DNA from: Lama glama
Taxonomy: Eukaryota
Assembly (NCBI GenBank): GCA_028534125.1
Contig: CM052818.1
Location: forward strand, 18,664,001 to 18,728,000
DNA: 64,000 nucleotides
Direction: 5' to 3'
The position numbers were made by a program, and so were the translations under genes. Each line of letters starts with the position of its first letter. The stretch's first letter is position 1. Of the stretch, positions 13,121 to 25,999 are shown piece after piece. A model generated the notes under the pieces. That model ran no database searches. It was given only the letters and a program-made list of their open reading frames with translations, and was not told the DNA's origin.

Positions 13121-15187
13121 ATGGATCTGCCTACATGCACGTAGTTTTAAAGGCAGAAATACAAGGAGAGAAGAGATTGTTTTTCATGTACATCTCTCGT
13201 GGCCTGGGGCAATTTCCCCAAAGCTTTGCAGAACCACATCACCTTCAAAATTCTTCACAATTCTCCACAGTGACGTGGTGGCACCAGAAGGTGATGTCAG
13301 CTACAGCATCAGCACCAGTTGTGATGTGTAGGGGCCTCAGGCAGAGCAGCTGCTCTGTAAGTGGTGGCTGCCTGCATGAGCCACATATATCAAAAGCGGG
13401 TGGGGATGGACAAGCCCGAAACAAAGTAAGGTCAGGGCCCCCAGTGCATGAATAAGTCAGGTCGGAGCAAGGCAACAGTGAGAAGCAAGACAAACAGAAA
13501 AGTTCCAAGAGTTAAAGGAACCAGTTCTGCACAGCAGCAGAGGGAGAAGAGCAGGGACAGACTAGGTAACCAATTTAAAAAAGCAAGCATCTGTCTCAGG
13601 CGGTGACATCCTCCGGTGAGAGTTTGTATGCAGAGTGCAGTTGGCGGAGCCCTTGTGAGAATCGGAAAGGAGTCCCCTCTGGTCAGACCACCAACAAGCA
13701 GGCCACTTGGGCGGAGTTCGCAGCCCCGTTCCCACCCGGGGCTGGGGAGAGCCTGTGTGCGCGTGCGGACGGGCACGTGCGAGCGGTTAAGTAGCAACAG
13801 CCGGCGCAGAGGGGAACGTGTGGGTGGCGATGAGGCCGACCTCCACACGCAGGGGGCTGTTTAAAGCTGGTAAAACCCCATCAGGTGCGGTACAGAGCTA
13901 TTCTCAACTGGGAGTTTAGAGTCTAAGACGAATGAGGTGGAAACCCTAAAATAATTTTCTTCCTTATGGAGGAAAAATGTTCATCTAGGCAAGTCTGAGT
14001 GAGCCTTCTTGGAATTGGAGGATTCTGACATTATCACCCAGTTCCTAGGAAAGCCTGGTCACTATTTTTTTTTCCAAAATAATTTTTCCGAAAATCAAGA
14101 ACACCCGACCACAAGTATGTTATTTAGAATGACCCGCAATTAGGCACCTTCCACTGAAGCCACGACTAGCAGAGGCACTGGGGATTTTCACAAAATTTAC
14201 GGGGTTCTGCTTCAAGCCACAAACTAGTAACAGGTCTGGAGCTGCACTGGGAGGTTCTCAGTTGTAAAGATGAGGGATTAAAATATTTCTCTATGTTTGT
14301 ATTAACTCTAAATTGAGGCCAACAAAAGCAAGGTTTGTAAGATCAATTACCTATCTTCCAGGGCCTCCAAATTGGTCCTGATTATGAGTTACCACAAGCT
14401 GGGGGGGGGGGGGGTTCAAAGAAATGAACAGAGGCCAATGTGTCAGCCAGGACTCTCAACTTCTGGGCTGTGGCTGTTTTAAATTAGATTCTCAATGCTG
14501 CTTCCATGAGAACTCTTGGCTTAGATCTGCAATGGAAAAGTTATTTTTGTGCTCTAAGCCACGGATATTTATATGGAAGCATATCCATAATTTCAATTAT
14601 GTTCTGTTTTCTTGATGCTCTTTTCCTTCACTTCAGGACAGTCACAGCTATTATTATCTCTGATTAGACACTTGCAAAAAAGCTCTGGGTCAAGTACAGA
14701 CTCCACGGGGCCCGGATAAATGATTATTATAAAACAGGGAGATTTTAGGTCTTGTGAAATCCTTAAGAAACACCTTCAGTTTTTCTATCCACTCTGGCTG
14801 CCTCTTCTCTGTCAATTCCCTACCCCCACCTGCCCCTCAGTGGCCAAGGGCCTTCATGATCTCTCTTGGGAAAAACTAGTCCCAGAAGTAGTTCTGTTTT
14901 TCACTCCTTATGTACACTCTCTGTGATCTCTGCATTTAAAACGTTATATTCAGTAATGAAACAGACGGTTTTCATCTCCTTAAAGAACAGGCGCACCATC
15001 AAAGAAAGCAAAGAGAGATTTCTGGTTAAGAGGGGCATGGCTCTTAAGTGACATAATTATTCTATAGAAAGGTCGATCTGTAGGTGAGGGGGGGGGTTGC
15101 TATTAAGAGGTGGTACAGATGCAAAAACAAAATGGCAGAAATTCATCCAAGAGAAATCTAAACTGATGACCAAGAAAACATATTGAA

Positions 15188-15333
15188 GGGGGAGGGTATA
15201 GCTCAGTGGTAGAGCACATGCTTAGCATGCACGAGGCCCTGGGTTCAATCCCCAGTACCTCCATTAAAAAATAAATCAATAAACCTAATCCCCCCCTCCA
15301 AAAAAAAAAAACAAAGAAAAACAGAAAGACAAA
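15188..15333 (+). mobile_element. tRNA-Ala-derived SINE (camelid Vic-1-like)
   Basis: tRNA-Ala(AGC)-like head with A and B boxes, A-rich tail, 13-bp TSD aagaaaacatatt (15172-84 / 15334-46). Confidence 0.9.
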
Positions 15334-15464
15334 AAGAAAACATATTAGGAGATGTTCCGTGGCCTCTCCCCAGAGATCTCTCTGGATAGAACCTCTGCAG
15401 CACAATCTTGGTTCAGAAGAAACAGCGCAGAGGAAAGGAGATGGTGGGAGGAGACTAACATTTG

Positions 15465-15996
15465 TGAGCGTTAACATATGCCAAGCACTTGGCCCATAGT
15501 ATTTCCTTTTATCTCAATCTTCAGGAAAACATTTTGAGGTAGGTTTTATTATCACTGTTTTATAGAAAAGGAAGCTTAGCCTCAGAGATGTTAAGTAACT
15601 TGCCCAAAGCCACTGCCATGGTCTGAATGTTTTTGTCTCCCCAAAATTCATGTGTTGAAACCCCAAGCTCCAAGGTGGGGCCCTCAGGAGGTGATTAGGT
15701 CACGAAGGTGGAGCCCTCATGATGGGGATTCCTATAAAAGAAGGCTCAGAGAGCTAGCTCACCCTTTCTACCACGTGATCACGCAGACAGAAGCTGGCTG
15801 TCTGCAACCCAGAAGAGCGTCCTCACCAGAACCATGCTGGCACTCTGATTTGGACTTCCAGTCTCCAGAACTGCAAGATGTAACTTTCTGTTGTTTAGGA
15901 GCCACCCAGTGTTTTGTTATAGCAGCCTAAACAAACTAAGTCACACACCTAAGTTAGTGGCAAAGCTTATGTTCAAACCCAGATCTGCTTGACTCC
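15465..15996. mobile_element. MIR (minus) interrupted by an MLT1A-like LTR (15614-15943, plus)
   Basis: MIR core breaks at tgcccaaagccac and resumes at cacacctaagttagtggc; the insert starts tgccatggtctgaatgtt and ends actaagtca. Confidence 0.85.
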
Positions 15997-17628
15997 TAAG
16001 TCCATTTCTTTTCCATTATCACATAGGACTGACATGAGGGCCAGAGAAGGCCAAGGATGACTGCAGGTTTGGTTTCCTTAAAAAAATAGGATGTAGGGGG
16101 TGGGCATGGGAAAGGTATGTCTGTATAGATATCTTTAAATATTATAAACAGGCTCTGCTCATCTCGATCAGCACTCCCAGAGCTGCTGTCAGCCACAAGC
16201 AAAGAATCAATTGTTCAACGTAAACCTGTCTGCGCTGTTAGAGACACAAGTAAACACACATGCCAACAGAGACAGAACATCATCTCCACGACCGAAGGGC
16301 ACAGGAAGTTCTCCACAGAGGCTTTTCCTCTCAACACAGATAAGAGTTAGGATGCTGGTTTGCCACGAGAAGGTTTTCATCTACTATAAAGAATATAAAG
16401 ACCCACATTTGGGGATAGGAACAGTGTTTGGGAAATTCAGATCTCTTGTGGACTGAGAACGTATGACCAGATACTGAGCAAGACACCACACCAAGGTTGT
16501 CCCCTGATGTGCAGAGTTAGCACCTGGTACTGTTAGGGCCTCTCCTCTGTTGTGTTCATTCAGCAGCATCCAGGGACTAACGTAGAGGCACTGACTTACT
16601 TGTATTCTACTTTACATACAGCAAAATAAAATAAACTTTAAAATCCCTAGCTTAAAACTTCAGTCAGTATGATAGGTTGGGTTGACACAAAAAACTACAC
16701 CCTTCCAATCTAAACACTTCAAAATATGAACAAAACTCTAACAACAAAAATATTAATATATAAACATAAATAAAGCAGAAATCTCTAGATACCAGAAATA
16801 AAGAGAGAAGCCAAAGTAGGTCATCAGTGGGAGCTGATGCCAAGGGGCTCATGGAACAATCCAGACCAGAAAGAGGCCTGAATCCCCGGGGGCTCAGACT
16901 CTAATGCCTGCAGCGAAGGGAGTCCAGGTGATGGCCATCTTACACTGGGGGCTGTTAGTGAAGCATTTACATAAAAGTGGAGGTAATAAAGTGAAACAGT
17001 TCTAGAGGGACACCATTAGCCCATCGGAGGAAAGGGCAAGAAAGCCTGTCATCTGCTTGGGCCAAGAGAAAAAAATGAGTGACCTAAAAAAATCTGAAAT
17101 CCAGGCTTGCACCACAGTGTGGGAACAACGTTTAAGTGCATACTTTCAGGTTGTACAGGGCATATATGCCAAGACACTAACCAAACGGCTCGTTTGGAAT
17201 GGGTGAAACCCAGAGAGAACAAGCAGAAGCAAATGTGAAATCACTTTACAAGGATATACTAACAGTCTTAGGTAGACAGGATTTCTACGGAAAACAACTC
17301 TTGGCAAAGATGTAAGACAAGAGGAAATGAATCGTCATTAAAAAAAATTCAAAAGCAGAAATAACAAACAATCTAAAAATATCTTTAAAATATTGAAAGA
17401 GAGAAAAAGGATTAGAAATTATAAGACCGAGGTAATATTTTTTAAAAAACAGGCAGATATCAAGCACCAAATAGAAAGCCTAGAAATAAAAATATATAGA
17501 CATTAAATTAAAAAAAACAATGGATGGGTTGAACAGTAGACTAAATTCAGTTGAAGAAAAATGAATAACCTGGAAAACAGAACTGACAAAATCACTCAGA
17601 ATATAGTTCAGAGATAAAGAGTTATATA

Positions 17629-17864
17629 CAGCTGACCTTTGAACAATATGGAGTTGAAGTGCGAGGGTCCACTTATATGTAGATTTTTTTCAAGGGTACC
17701 ACATAGGCCTCAGTTGGTTGATTACAGGGATGTGGAACCACAGATTTGGAGGAACCACACATACGAAGGAACTGCACATATGAAGGGCCAACTGTATGTT
17801 ATACGCAAATTTTCAATTGCGCAGAGGATCAATACCCCTAAATTTCCGCTGTTCAAGGGTCATG
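17629..17864 (+). mobile_element. TcMar-Tigger MITE (Tigger2/MER8-like) nested in L1
   Basis: TA-flanked terminal inverted repeats cagctgacctttgaacaa ... gttcaagggtcatg, about 236 bp. Confidence 0.8.
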
Positions 17865-20284
17865 TAGTAAGGAAGAGAAACCTCAAACGTGGAAGACTTA
17901 CATGATAAAATGAGAAGGTTTAACATTTGCCTAATGGGTTTTCCAAAAGGAGAGAAGAGACAGCATGAGGGACTCAACATCAGGGTAGGGGCTTTTGTCT
18001 CTTAACATTCATTCCTGTATCTCTAGCACCTAGGAACATTCTCGATACACGGTAAGTGCTCAATAATTACTTTAAAATAGATTTGTAGAGAAAACTGAGA
18101 AACCTTTAGATATGAAAACAGAGAGTCTTCAGATTAACAAGCACACTGAATTCCAAGTCGAATATTATAAAACAGACTGTACCTGGATACGTTCTAATGA
18201 AAAGACACAACATGAAAGACAGAAACCTGAGACTGAAAGTCTCCAAGACAGAAAACAGATTACCTATAAAAGAATGACAAACTGAAAAGAGATTCCTCAT
18301 AAGGAACATTTGAGACAAAAAGATAATGTAATAATATCTTACAAAATGCTGAGGGAAAAATATCTGCTTAGAATTTTATACTTTGATAAATTATCTTTTC
18401 AAGAGTGACATGAATTAAGACAGTTTCAAAACAAACAAAACCAAAAATATCCACAAGATTAAGAGTACTGCCACTCCAGAACTTCACTGAAAAAATTATC
18501 AGTATGAAGAAAATGGACACAGAAGTAAGGAATTGTAAGCAAGAGGCAATGTGAAGACAAGAAATTGGTCAAGTTAAATTTTGACAGTAAAAAAAAAAAA
18601 AAGTAGAAATAACAACATTAATGATTAAAGGCAGGGTGGGGAGAGGACTATACACAATGTGGGACTAAACCACTACACCACAATAAGCAGGAAGATGGGA
18701 AGAGGGCAGACTAGATTTAAAGCCATCGAAGGCTACCGCATTGTTGAGAAGAAAACAGAGAAACTGATTAACTTTAGATTTTGTTAAATAAATGCACATG
18801 TTAAAAATTTAAGGATAACTACTAAAAATACAAAAAGAATTTGTTTTTCAAAACAGTTGATGGAAAAAAAGTAGGAATATACAAAGCTTGACCAATCTAC
18901 AGAAAACTATGAAAAGAAGAATAAAAGAAACAACAAAAAATAGTAAATAGGAAACACAAAAACTTAAGATGGCAGAAAGAGGTCAAATGTATATAAATTA
19001 CAAAAAATGCAAATGTTTAGACTCTATTATTAAAAACACAGATTTTCAGAATATAATGAAAAAGAAAATGAAGCTATATATAAAAACTGTTTCTAAGATT
19101 CACAGTTAAAATTATACAGAGCATTTAATATAAAAGGATATACAAAGACACAAAAAACAGTAACTAAGAGGAAGTACGTATGGCAACATTAATATCAGAT
19201 AAAATAGAATTCAGGACAAAAGCATTAATAGAAATAAAAGGACAGTACATAACAAAATAAGTTCACCCAGGAGAAATAACAATCATGAACTTGCACCAAC
19301 ACTGATGGATTACAGTGAGAAATTGACAAATTCACAGAGTGGAAGATTTTAACATTCCTTTCTCAGAAACTGAAGAGAACTCAGCAGGCAAAATTAAAAA
19401 ATCAGGAAAAACATGAGAAATTTGAAAAACACAGGTAATAAGTTTGACCTATTAGACTGATATAGAATGTTGCATCCATCAAGCAGGGAGTATATTTTTC
19501 TTTTAAAGCACACATGAAATACTTGGAAAAATGTTTATGTAATTGGAAAGGATTGTTATTATACAGACCATGCTGTTCTTTCATAATGCAACTAAATTAG
19601 AAATCAACAATAATTTAAACAAAGTTTTTAAAAAGTTTTTTAGAAAGTTGAAAATGGAAAATTAAATAATCCACGGGTTAAAAAAGAAATGAAGTACAAA
19701 AAATTTAGTCAAGTGGTAATGACAGTACACATATCAAAACTTGTGTGATGTTGCTAAAGTAAGCAGAGCTAACTCTACAGCTTTAAGATGCATTTACTGA
19801 AAAACAAAAAATAAATGAGCTAGGAGTCAACTCAAGTCGCTAGAAATGGAAAGAAGAAATAATACAAATAAAACGGAAAAAAAGAAATAAGAAACAGAAA
19901 GTATAGATAAGAAGGAAGCTAGTTATTTCGTAAGACTAGGTAGACATCTATATTAATTTTTAAAAAGAGATGGCACAAATAAACAATAGTAAGAATGAAA
20001 AAGGGAATGTATGTATCTTAAGATATAGTCAATATTTATAAAAACCACATAAGAAAGTCATGAATAAGTTTATGCTAATAAATTTGAGAAACACGAAATG
20101 GATCATTAAAACAAATTATCAAAACTGAATCAAAAATAAATAGAAAAACCTAAATTCATCAATAATCATTAATGAAATGGAATTGTCAAAAACTTGACAC
20201 ACGTACCCTGGCTAAGCAGTTCAGATGATTTTACAATGAACTTTATCAAACTTTTAAAGGAACAGTCTCTACAATATTAAATAT

Positions 20285-20785
20285 GGTGAACTGGTGCAAT
20301 GTTTCTGATCTTAGGGGAAAGCATTCAGTCTTTCACCATCAATTATCATATTAGTTATAGGTTTTTTTGTAGGTACCCTTTAGCAAGTTCAGGGAGTTCC
20401 ATTTCATGAGTAGTTTGATGAGAGTTTAAAAAAAAAAGTGTATTTTCTCTATCTCTTTCATTACCCTAAGATGTTGAATTACATTGATTGATTTTTTAAT
20501 GTTGAAGCAAGCTTGCATTCCTGGAATGCATTCTACTTCATTATGATTTTTAAAATGTATCAACAAATATGACTGATGATATTTTAAGCATTTTCATATC
20601 AGCATTCATGATGGATACTGGAATTCTATTTTTCTTTTCTTTTAAGGTCCTTGCCAAATTTTGGTGTATTAGGTTGGACTCCAAAAGATCAGTGGGGAAT
20701 GTTCTCATACCTGTTTTCTGAAATAGTTTGTGTACCGTACAATATTATTTGTTCATTAAATCCTTGATAAATTTACCATTAAAAA
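20285..20785 (-). mobile_element. Antisense L1 ORF2 fragment nested in the plus-strand L1
   Basis: Abrupt switch to T-rich strand; reverse L1 ORF2 motifs (cttaggggaaagcattcagtctttcacca, cttgcattcctggaat). Confidence 0.75.
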
Positions 20786-22376
20786 ATTTTTTTTAATTAA
20801 AAAAAATAAACAGATAGTCTACCTCTCAGAATCTGCTTAAGAAAAGTATATATGAAAGAGGAAAAGTTGACCAATTTATTTCATGGAGCTAGCTAATATA
20901 AACTTGATACCAAACAATATAAGAACATTTTTTAAAAAAGAAAATTATAGACTAACTGTTCCACCTATGAACATTTGCAAAAACCCTAAATAAAATACTA
21001 GCAAATGATACAGTCCATAGGATAAAAGAACATATATGTGTACACATATGCAAGTACATCTCCACATAATTGAATATACTCATATTATTTATCATACTAT
21101 AATATTAAGAAAATTATATCACCTCATATAATTTACATAAAGATATTAAAGCATTACATAAAATCAACACTCAGTCATGATAAAATGTTTAAGTTGTTAA
21201 AAAATATTAATAGAAGGCAAGTCCCTAATTTAATAAAGAATAACTACTGAAACCTTAAGCAAACTTCATGCTTAATGGAGAAACTTTAACATAACTCATT
21301 AAAGACAGTAAGAAGACAAAGATGCTCGCTGTCACTGTTACTATTAAATATTTTACTGGAGGGTAATGTATTAAAATAAGAAAAAGATACAGGTCATAAG
21401 GAATTAAAAAGAAACGACAAAATATTACTGTTTTGTGATTGTCTACCTAGAAAATTCAAGAAAATCTACACAGAGACTCAGAACTAACAAGAGAAGTCAA
21501 CTAGGATGCCACGTACAAAGTCAAAATTCAAAAATCAGGAAAGTTTCTATGGGCCAGCAAATAAGCAATTTCAAAATATAGTAAGAAAATAAGATATCAT
21601 TTATAATATCAACAAAACGTTTAGAAAATAAAAATCACAAAGTTGTGTAAAACATTTATAAGGGAAATCACCAGTCATCTTTCACCTGAATAAAAGGAGA
21701 TGGGAAGATCTGATACCTTTGTAAAGGTGTTAGTTCTCTAGCATATAAATTGAACAAAATTTCATTAAAAATCCCAACATGATTTTTTGCATGTGTGCAA
21801 CTAGACAAACTAATATTTATATGAAAGCCAAGAAAGCCAAGAAATTCTGAAAAAATATAAAAGTAATTGTAATGGCTAAATATTATTGTGTGCTTCCATA
21901 TACAGCAGGCACTATTTGGACATTTTGCATACATTATCCTTGAAGTGGATACTTTTATCTTTTGTACAGACAAGGAGACTAAGAGAAATTAGGAAACTTG
22001 CCCAAGGTTACTTGGTATTCTTAGGAGAAGCAGCAGACACAAGAAGACAATGATGTAATATGTTCCAAGTACTGAGGGAAAATAATTGTCAGTCCAGAAT
22101 TCCACACTCATTCAAACTCTCATTTGTAAGAGCAAAATAAAGGCAATTTCAGGAATACAAATATTTTAAAGTTTACCAAAGACCTGTATGAAAGAACTTC
22201 TAAACACACACTGACATGAAGAGAAATGAACTCGGAAGGAAGGAGTGGGGTGTCAGAAGCAGCAGCCTCCAAAATGCATTGAATAAATAAAATAATATAA
22301 AGTAGGTGAGAAAGGTGGGACTAAGGAAAGTATACGTAAGAAACAGAAGGTGTATAATAAAGTTATTAGTTATTCA

Positions 22377-22445
22377 AAGTATAGGCCATAAAGTCTTATG
22401 CGTATGCTAGAAGTATAGGCCATAAAGTCTCATGCGTACGCTTAG
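22377..22445 (+). repeat. Two-copy 34/35-bp tandem duplication
   Basis: aagtataggccataaagtcttatgcgtatgctag followed by aagtataggccataaagtctcatgcgtacgcttag. Confidence 0.92.
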
Positions 22446-23548
22446 AACCACTAAGTTGGTTCAGTGCTTCCTTTTGGCCAAATAAGAAGGGAAATGTCAA
22501 TTAAAGGATTCACAGCAACCATGAGACAAAACAGACAAGTTGCTCATGAGTACTATTCCTGGCACTGAGACCACAAAGACATTCCTCATATGGTTAAATG
22601 GATACAAGAAGTAGGACTTTGGTCCAAGTATGATAATTTGCTTGTGAAAGAGGTCCTTGACTCTGACAAATTTTTTTCAACAAGGTGATTTAGAAGCATC
22701 AGCCTTCCAGAAATCTCTTCCTTGAAGAACAGATGAGCTAAAGCCTCCTTCTTAAGGCATGTTATTTGAATGACCAGGTGTTTCATTAGACAAGCCCATC
22801 TTTCTGCAGATCTTTGCGTACTTTCCAGGAAGAGGATGGATAAGGTGACTTCTGGACCTGGTTGCCTGTGAGGGGACATGGTGGTACAGCATGTGGGCTT
22901 CTTTCCCAGAGCTATCCCCAGAATATTTCCACCTCCACTAAACCAGTTCACCTTGCCAGTGCATGGGATCACCCACATAGCCGGGCTTCCAAAAAAATAA
23001 TTTATTATTGTATTGTCACAGTAATAAGCATAGAGAAGCAATAAGCTTTTCTTTTTCTCTCCTGTTCCATGGTAAATCCTTGACCTATCCATCCTGACAT
23101 TCCATATAACACATAGGTAAGTGGGAGCCTGGCAGCTTTCCCTGGGTCTTCCTGCCCATCTCACTCCTCTGACAAGGCCAAGAACAATGAAAGCCCACAT
23201 TGGTACAGCTCTAAAGACATAATTTGCCAATCTTTAAAAACTCTGCTTTCTACCAGGATTGCTGCAGAATCCCATGGGGTTCCTGGAACTTCAGGCTGGC
23301 TGGGAAGCCTCTAAGGAATTCTGGACATTTCTCATTGGTACAGCTGGCTCCCAAGGGAAGGTGAGCTACCTCTGACTAAGTCTGGAGCAATTTCCAAGGA
23401 CTTCCAAAGAGAAGTGACAGTGGGAGATGGAAGAGGTGGGAGACAGAGGCATTTTATAATTAATCAAAACTGATTCTTACTGAAGTTCTTACTAAAGCAC
23501 AAATTACTTTCTGTTCCTTTTCTATTTTTCCTTAAAATAAAACTAAAA

Positions 23549-23571
23549 ATAATAATAATAATAATAATAAT
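23549..23571 (+). repeat. (AAT)n microsatellite
   Basis: About 7 AAT units visible. Confidence 0.85.
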
Positions 23572-25999
23572 ACACACGCAGGGAGATGGTAGACAGCAGT
23601 GATTGAGATGTGTAGACTTTGGCCACTGACCCAAATTCAAGATTTAATTCTAGCATAGTGGTTATTCAACCTTGGCAAGTTTCCCCTCTGATTTTAGTTT
23701 CTGAATCTTAAATCATGAGAATAGTAGTACTTACCTCAAAGAGTTTTAAAATGAAATATGTATGTGCTTCATACTCAATAAATGTTAGCTATTACTATTG
23801 TTAAAAAGTTGAGAAACACAGGCAAGCACAAAGAAAATCAGAAGTACCTATAATCCCACCATCCATTTCCATGCATATAATTCCAGTATTTTAGGGGTAT
23901 ATTTTCAAAGAGTGAGATTCAGTGCTTTCTATTTCATAGCTTGCTTTTAAAATTTAACATCCCTACCCTAAGCATGTCTACACAATTTGGTATTTTGTAC
24001 AACATGATTTTAAAAGGCCACATCATACTCCTTTAGGTTATTTTACTTCTTAATGACCTCAGCTCTCCTTCCTACTCTGCAGGTCCCACATCTTGTGTAT
24101 TTCCAACTCACATGACCTGTCCAGATGATAGCTGGCTGCTTTCTATTGGCTAACTGGGGAGGCAGCCTTCATCTCACCATCCAGACCACGGGCTCCTTCA
24201 ATCAGGGACACGTTGCTAGCCTTCACTACATCCCCAGCACCGAGAGCAGCCTATCTGGGACTGTACAGCAAACCTTCGTGACTGATGGCAAACCTCCCTG
24301 TTTAACAAGATTCCACAAGGGGATACAAAAGCTGAACAACGCAGAAAGGCCATTTCTCTCCAAACAGCATAAGGTTATTTTCTGGGGCATTAAGTACACT
24401 ATTAAAAATTCTCAGGAAAAGGAAGAGGCTGAAGATTTTTATCTGAGTGCATTGTTTTTCTAAGCACCAGGTCCAAACAAGTTCAAAACTTCGAAGGGCT
24501 TTCTTTTTGAATGGAAGTCACAACACTTCCTTACCAATGACATTTCGAGACCACAGTAAAACTTTACTAATTTATACTAATGGGGAACAGCCAAACTCAA
24601 TCAGCAGAGAAAAATGAATTACATCCTTTTTAAAATAAAGGAGTTTCTTTCCAATGAAATTCATTTTTAAAAAAATCTTTACTTCCAAATAGTTCAATAC
24701 CTTAACTTGTTTTGATGGGTTGTTCAGAACCTGGTCTAAGACATTTGTTGTAACTACATTTATTGTTTGTATAGAAATGGGAATGTCTGAAGTTTCTGAG
24801 AAGTGCATTCTCCCTAAAAACAGTAACAGTCAACACTCCCTACAATCTTGTTCATACAGCTCACTCCTTAGGAAAGCTTTTTCTTTCTCAGTCACGTGGA
24901 AGCAAACCCCAGCTCAGGCTGCCCCCTCTCCCTCCACTCCAGTTCTGAGTGAGTGGGCAGAGAGGTTTGCAATATCAACCCAGATCAATCCCTAAAAAAA
25001 ACAAACAAAACAAACAAAACGAAAAAAACAAAAAAAAACCCAAAGAACTCCAGATTCCAGGCTTGATCTGTCCAGACTCATCTGAGAATTAACAAGCTCC
25101 TTCTAAGCACCCAGAGAACTAAGCCTGTCACGGAAACACTGATTCAACCCTAACAAGAACAGACATAAAAACCACACAAATGAACTAAACATTCCTCCAC
25201 CCAATCAGCATCCAGTTGAAGCAACAGCCTCAGGATTAAAATTAAGTGAGGCTGTTTTTTCTTTGTGGTCCTGCTCATTTTCCACTCTTCTATTGCCTTC
25301 TTTTCACAACTCCTGTTTATTAGAAAGTGGGGGAGCTGGGAAAGGGCTGGAGAGGAGAGAAATGCAGGGACTATGTATGCCAGGCTGGGAATGCCAACAA
25401 ACACTGCAGTTTATGTCGGGCAAATTAAAACTTCTAGCCCGGGGGAGGCTGCAATAGTCTGTTTAGGACAGCCTGAAAATAAGCTACACTGAACTCTCAT
25501 CTCCCACTAACACAGTTAAGTATGGAGTGAAGTCTTTACTTTCCAAAGATGGGGTTCTGCACAGTATTTTTAGCAAGCATTCTTCTTCTTTATTATTTTT
25601 CCTGTTTCTTTCAGAATTAGAAAGGCTAATTAAATGAAGTATCATTATTATTTGAAGAAAGCATAGTCAGAGAGGTTTAAAAACAAAACAAAACAAAACA
25701 AAAAGACGCCCAAGAGAAATAGTAAAATCCCAAGGAGGAATGTATTTTAATTTCCCCTTGGGTACACAAAGTAGGACTTGCGGGTCCAGGGGACCCAACA
25801 CCAAATCCCAGTGAAAGTCACTCCTGCAGGAAATGTGTGGGCAGGTGTGAAGGCCCCTGTGGCTGTGGCTCCTCGGCCTGGGTCATCGCCCTCTAGGGCT
25901 GGAGCGGGCCCCAGGCTGGAGATACCAGCCTGTGGGACAGGAGCCTCCCAGGGAAAGGCGGGGAAGGGGAAGTAGCAGCACGAGTAACAGGAGCCAAAG

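Larger units (their letters stand above)
16700..22330 (+). mobile_element. Long decayed ancient L1 (5' region, ORF1 and ORF2 remnants) with nested inserts
   Basis: Very A-rich plus strand with recognisable L1 ORF1 and ORF2 endonuclease/RT nucleotide motifs, no open frame; boundaries approximate. Confidence 0.8.

Noticed and set aside
14401..14414. G14 homopolymer
   Set aside because: Simple repeat with no supporting context; length may be assembly-dependent.
15192..15263. Apparent tRNA-Ala(AGC) gene (similar copies at 41381, 43922, 54203, 55330)
   Set aside because: Followed by an A-rich tail, flanked by TSDs, mutated stems and dispersed copies: SINE heads, not tRNA genes.
22377..22445. Direct repeats of CRISPR-like length
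   Set aside because: Only two adjacent copies, no spacers, mammalian context, no cas genes.
22586..23230. 214-aa minus-strand ORF
   Set aside because: Non-ATG start, no recognisable domain or similarity to stonin-1; likely chance.
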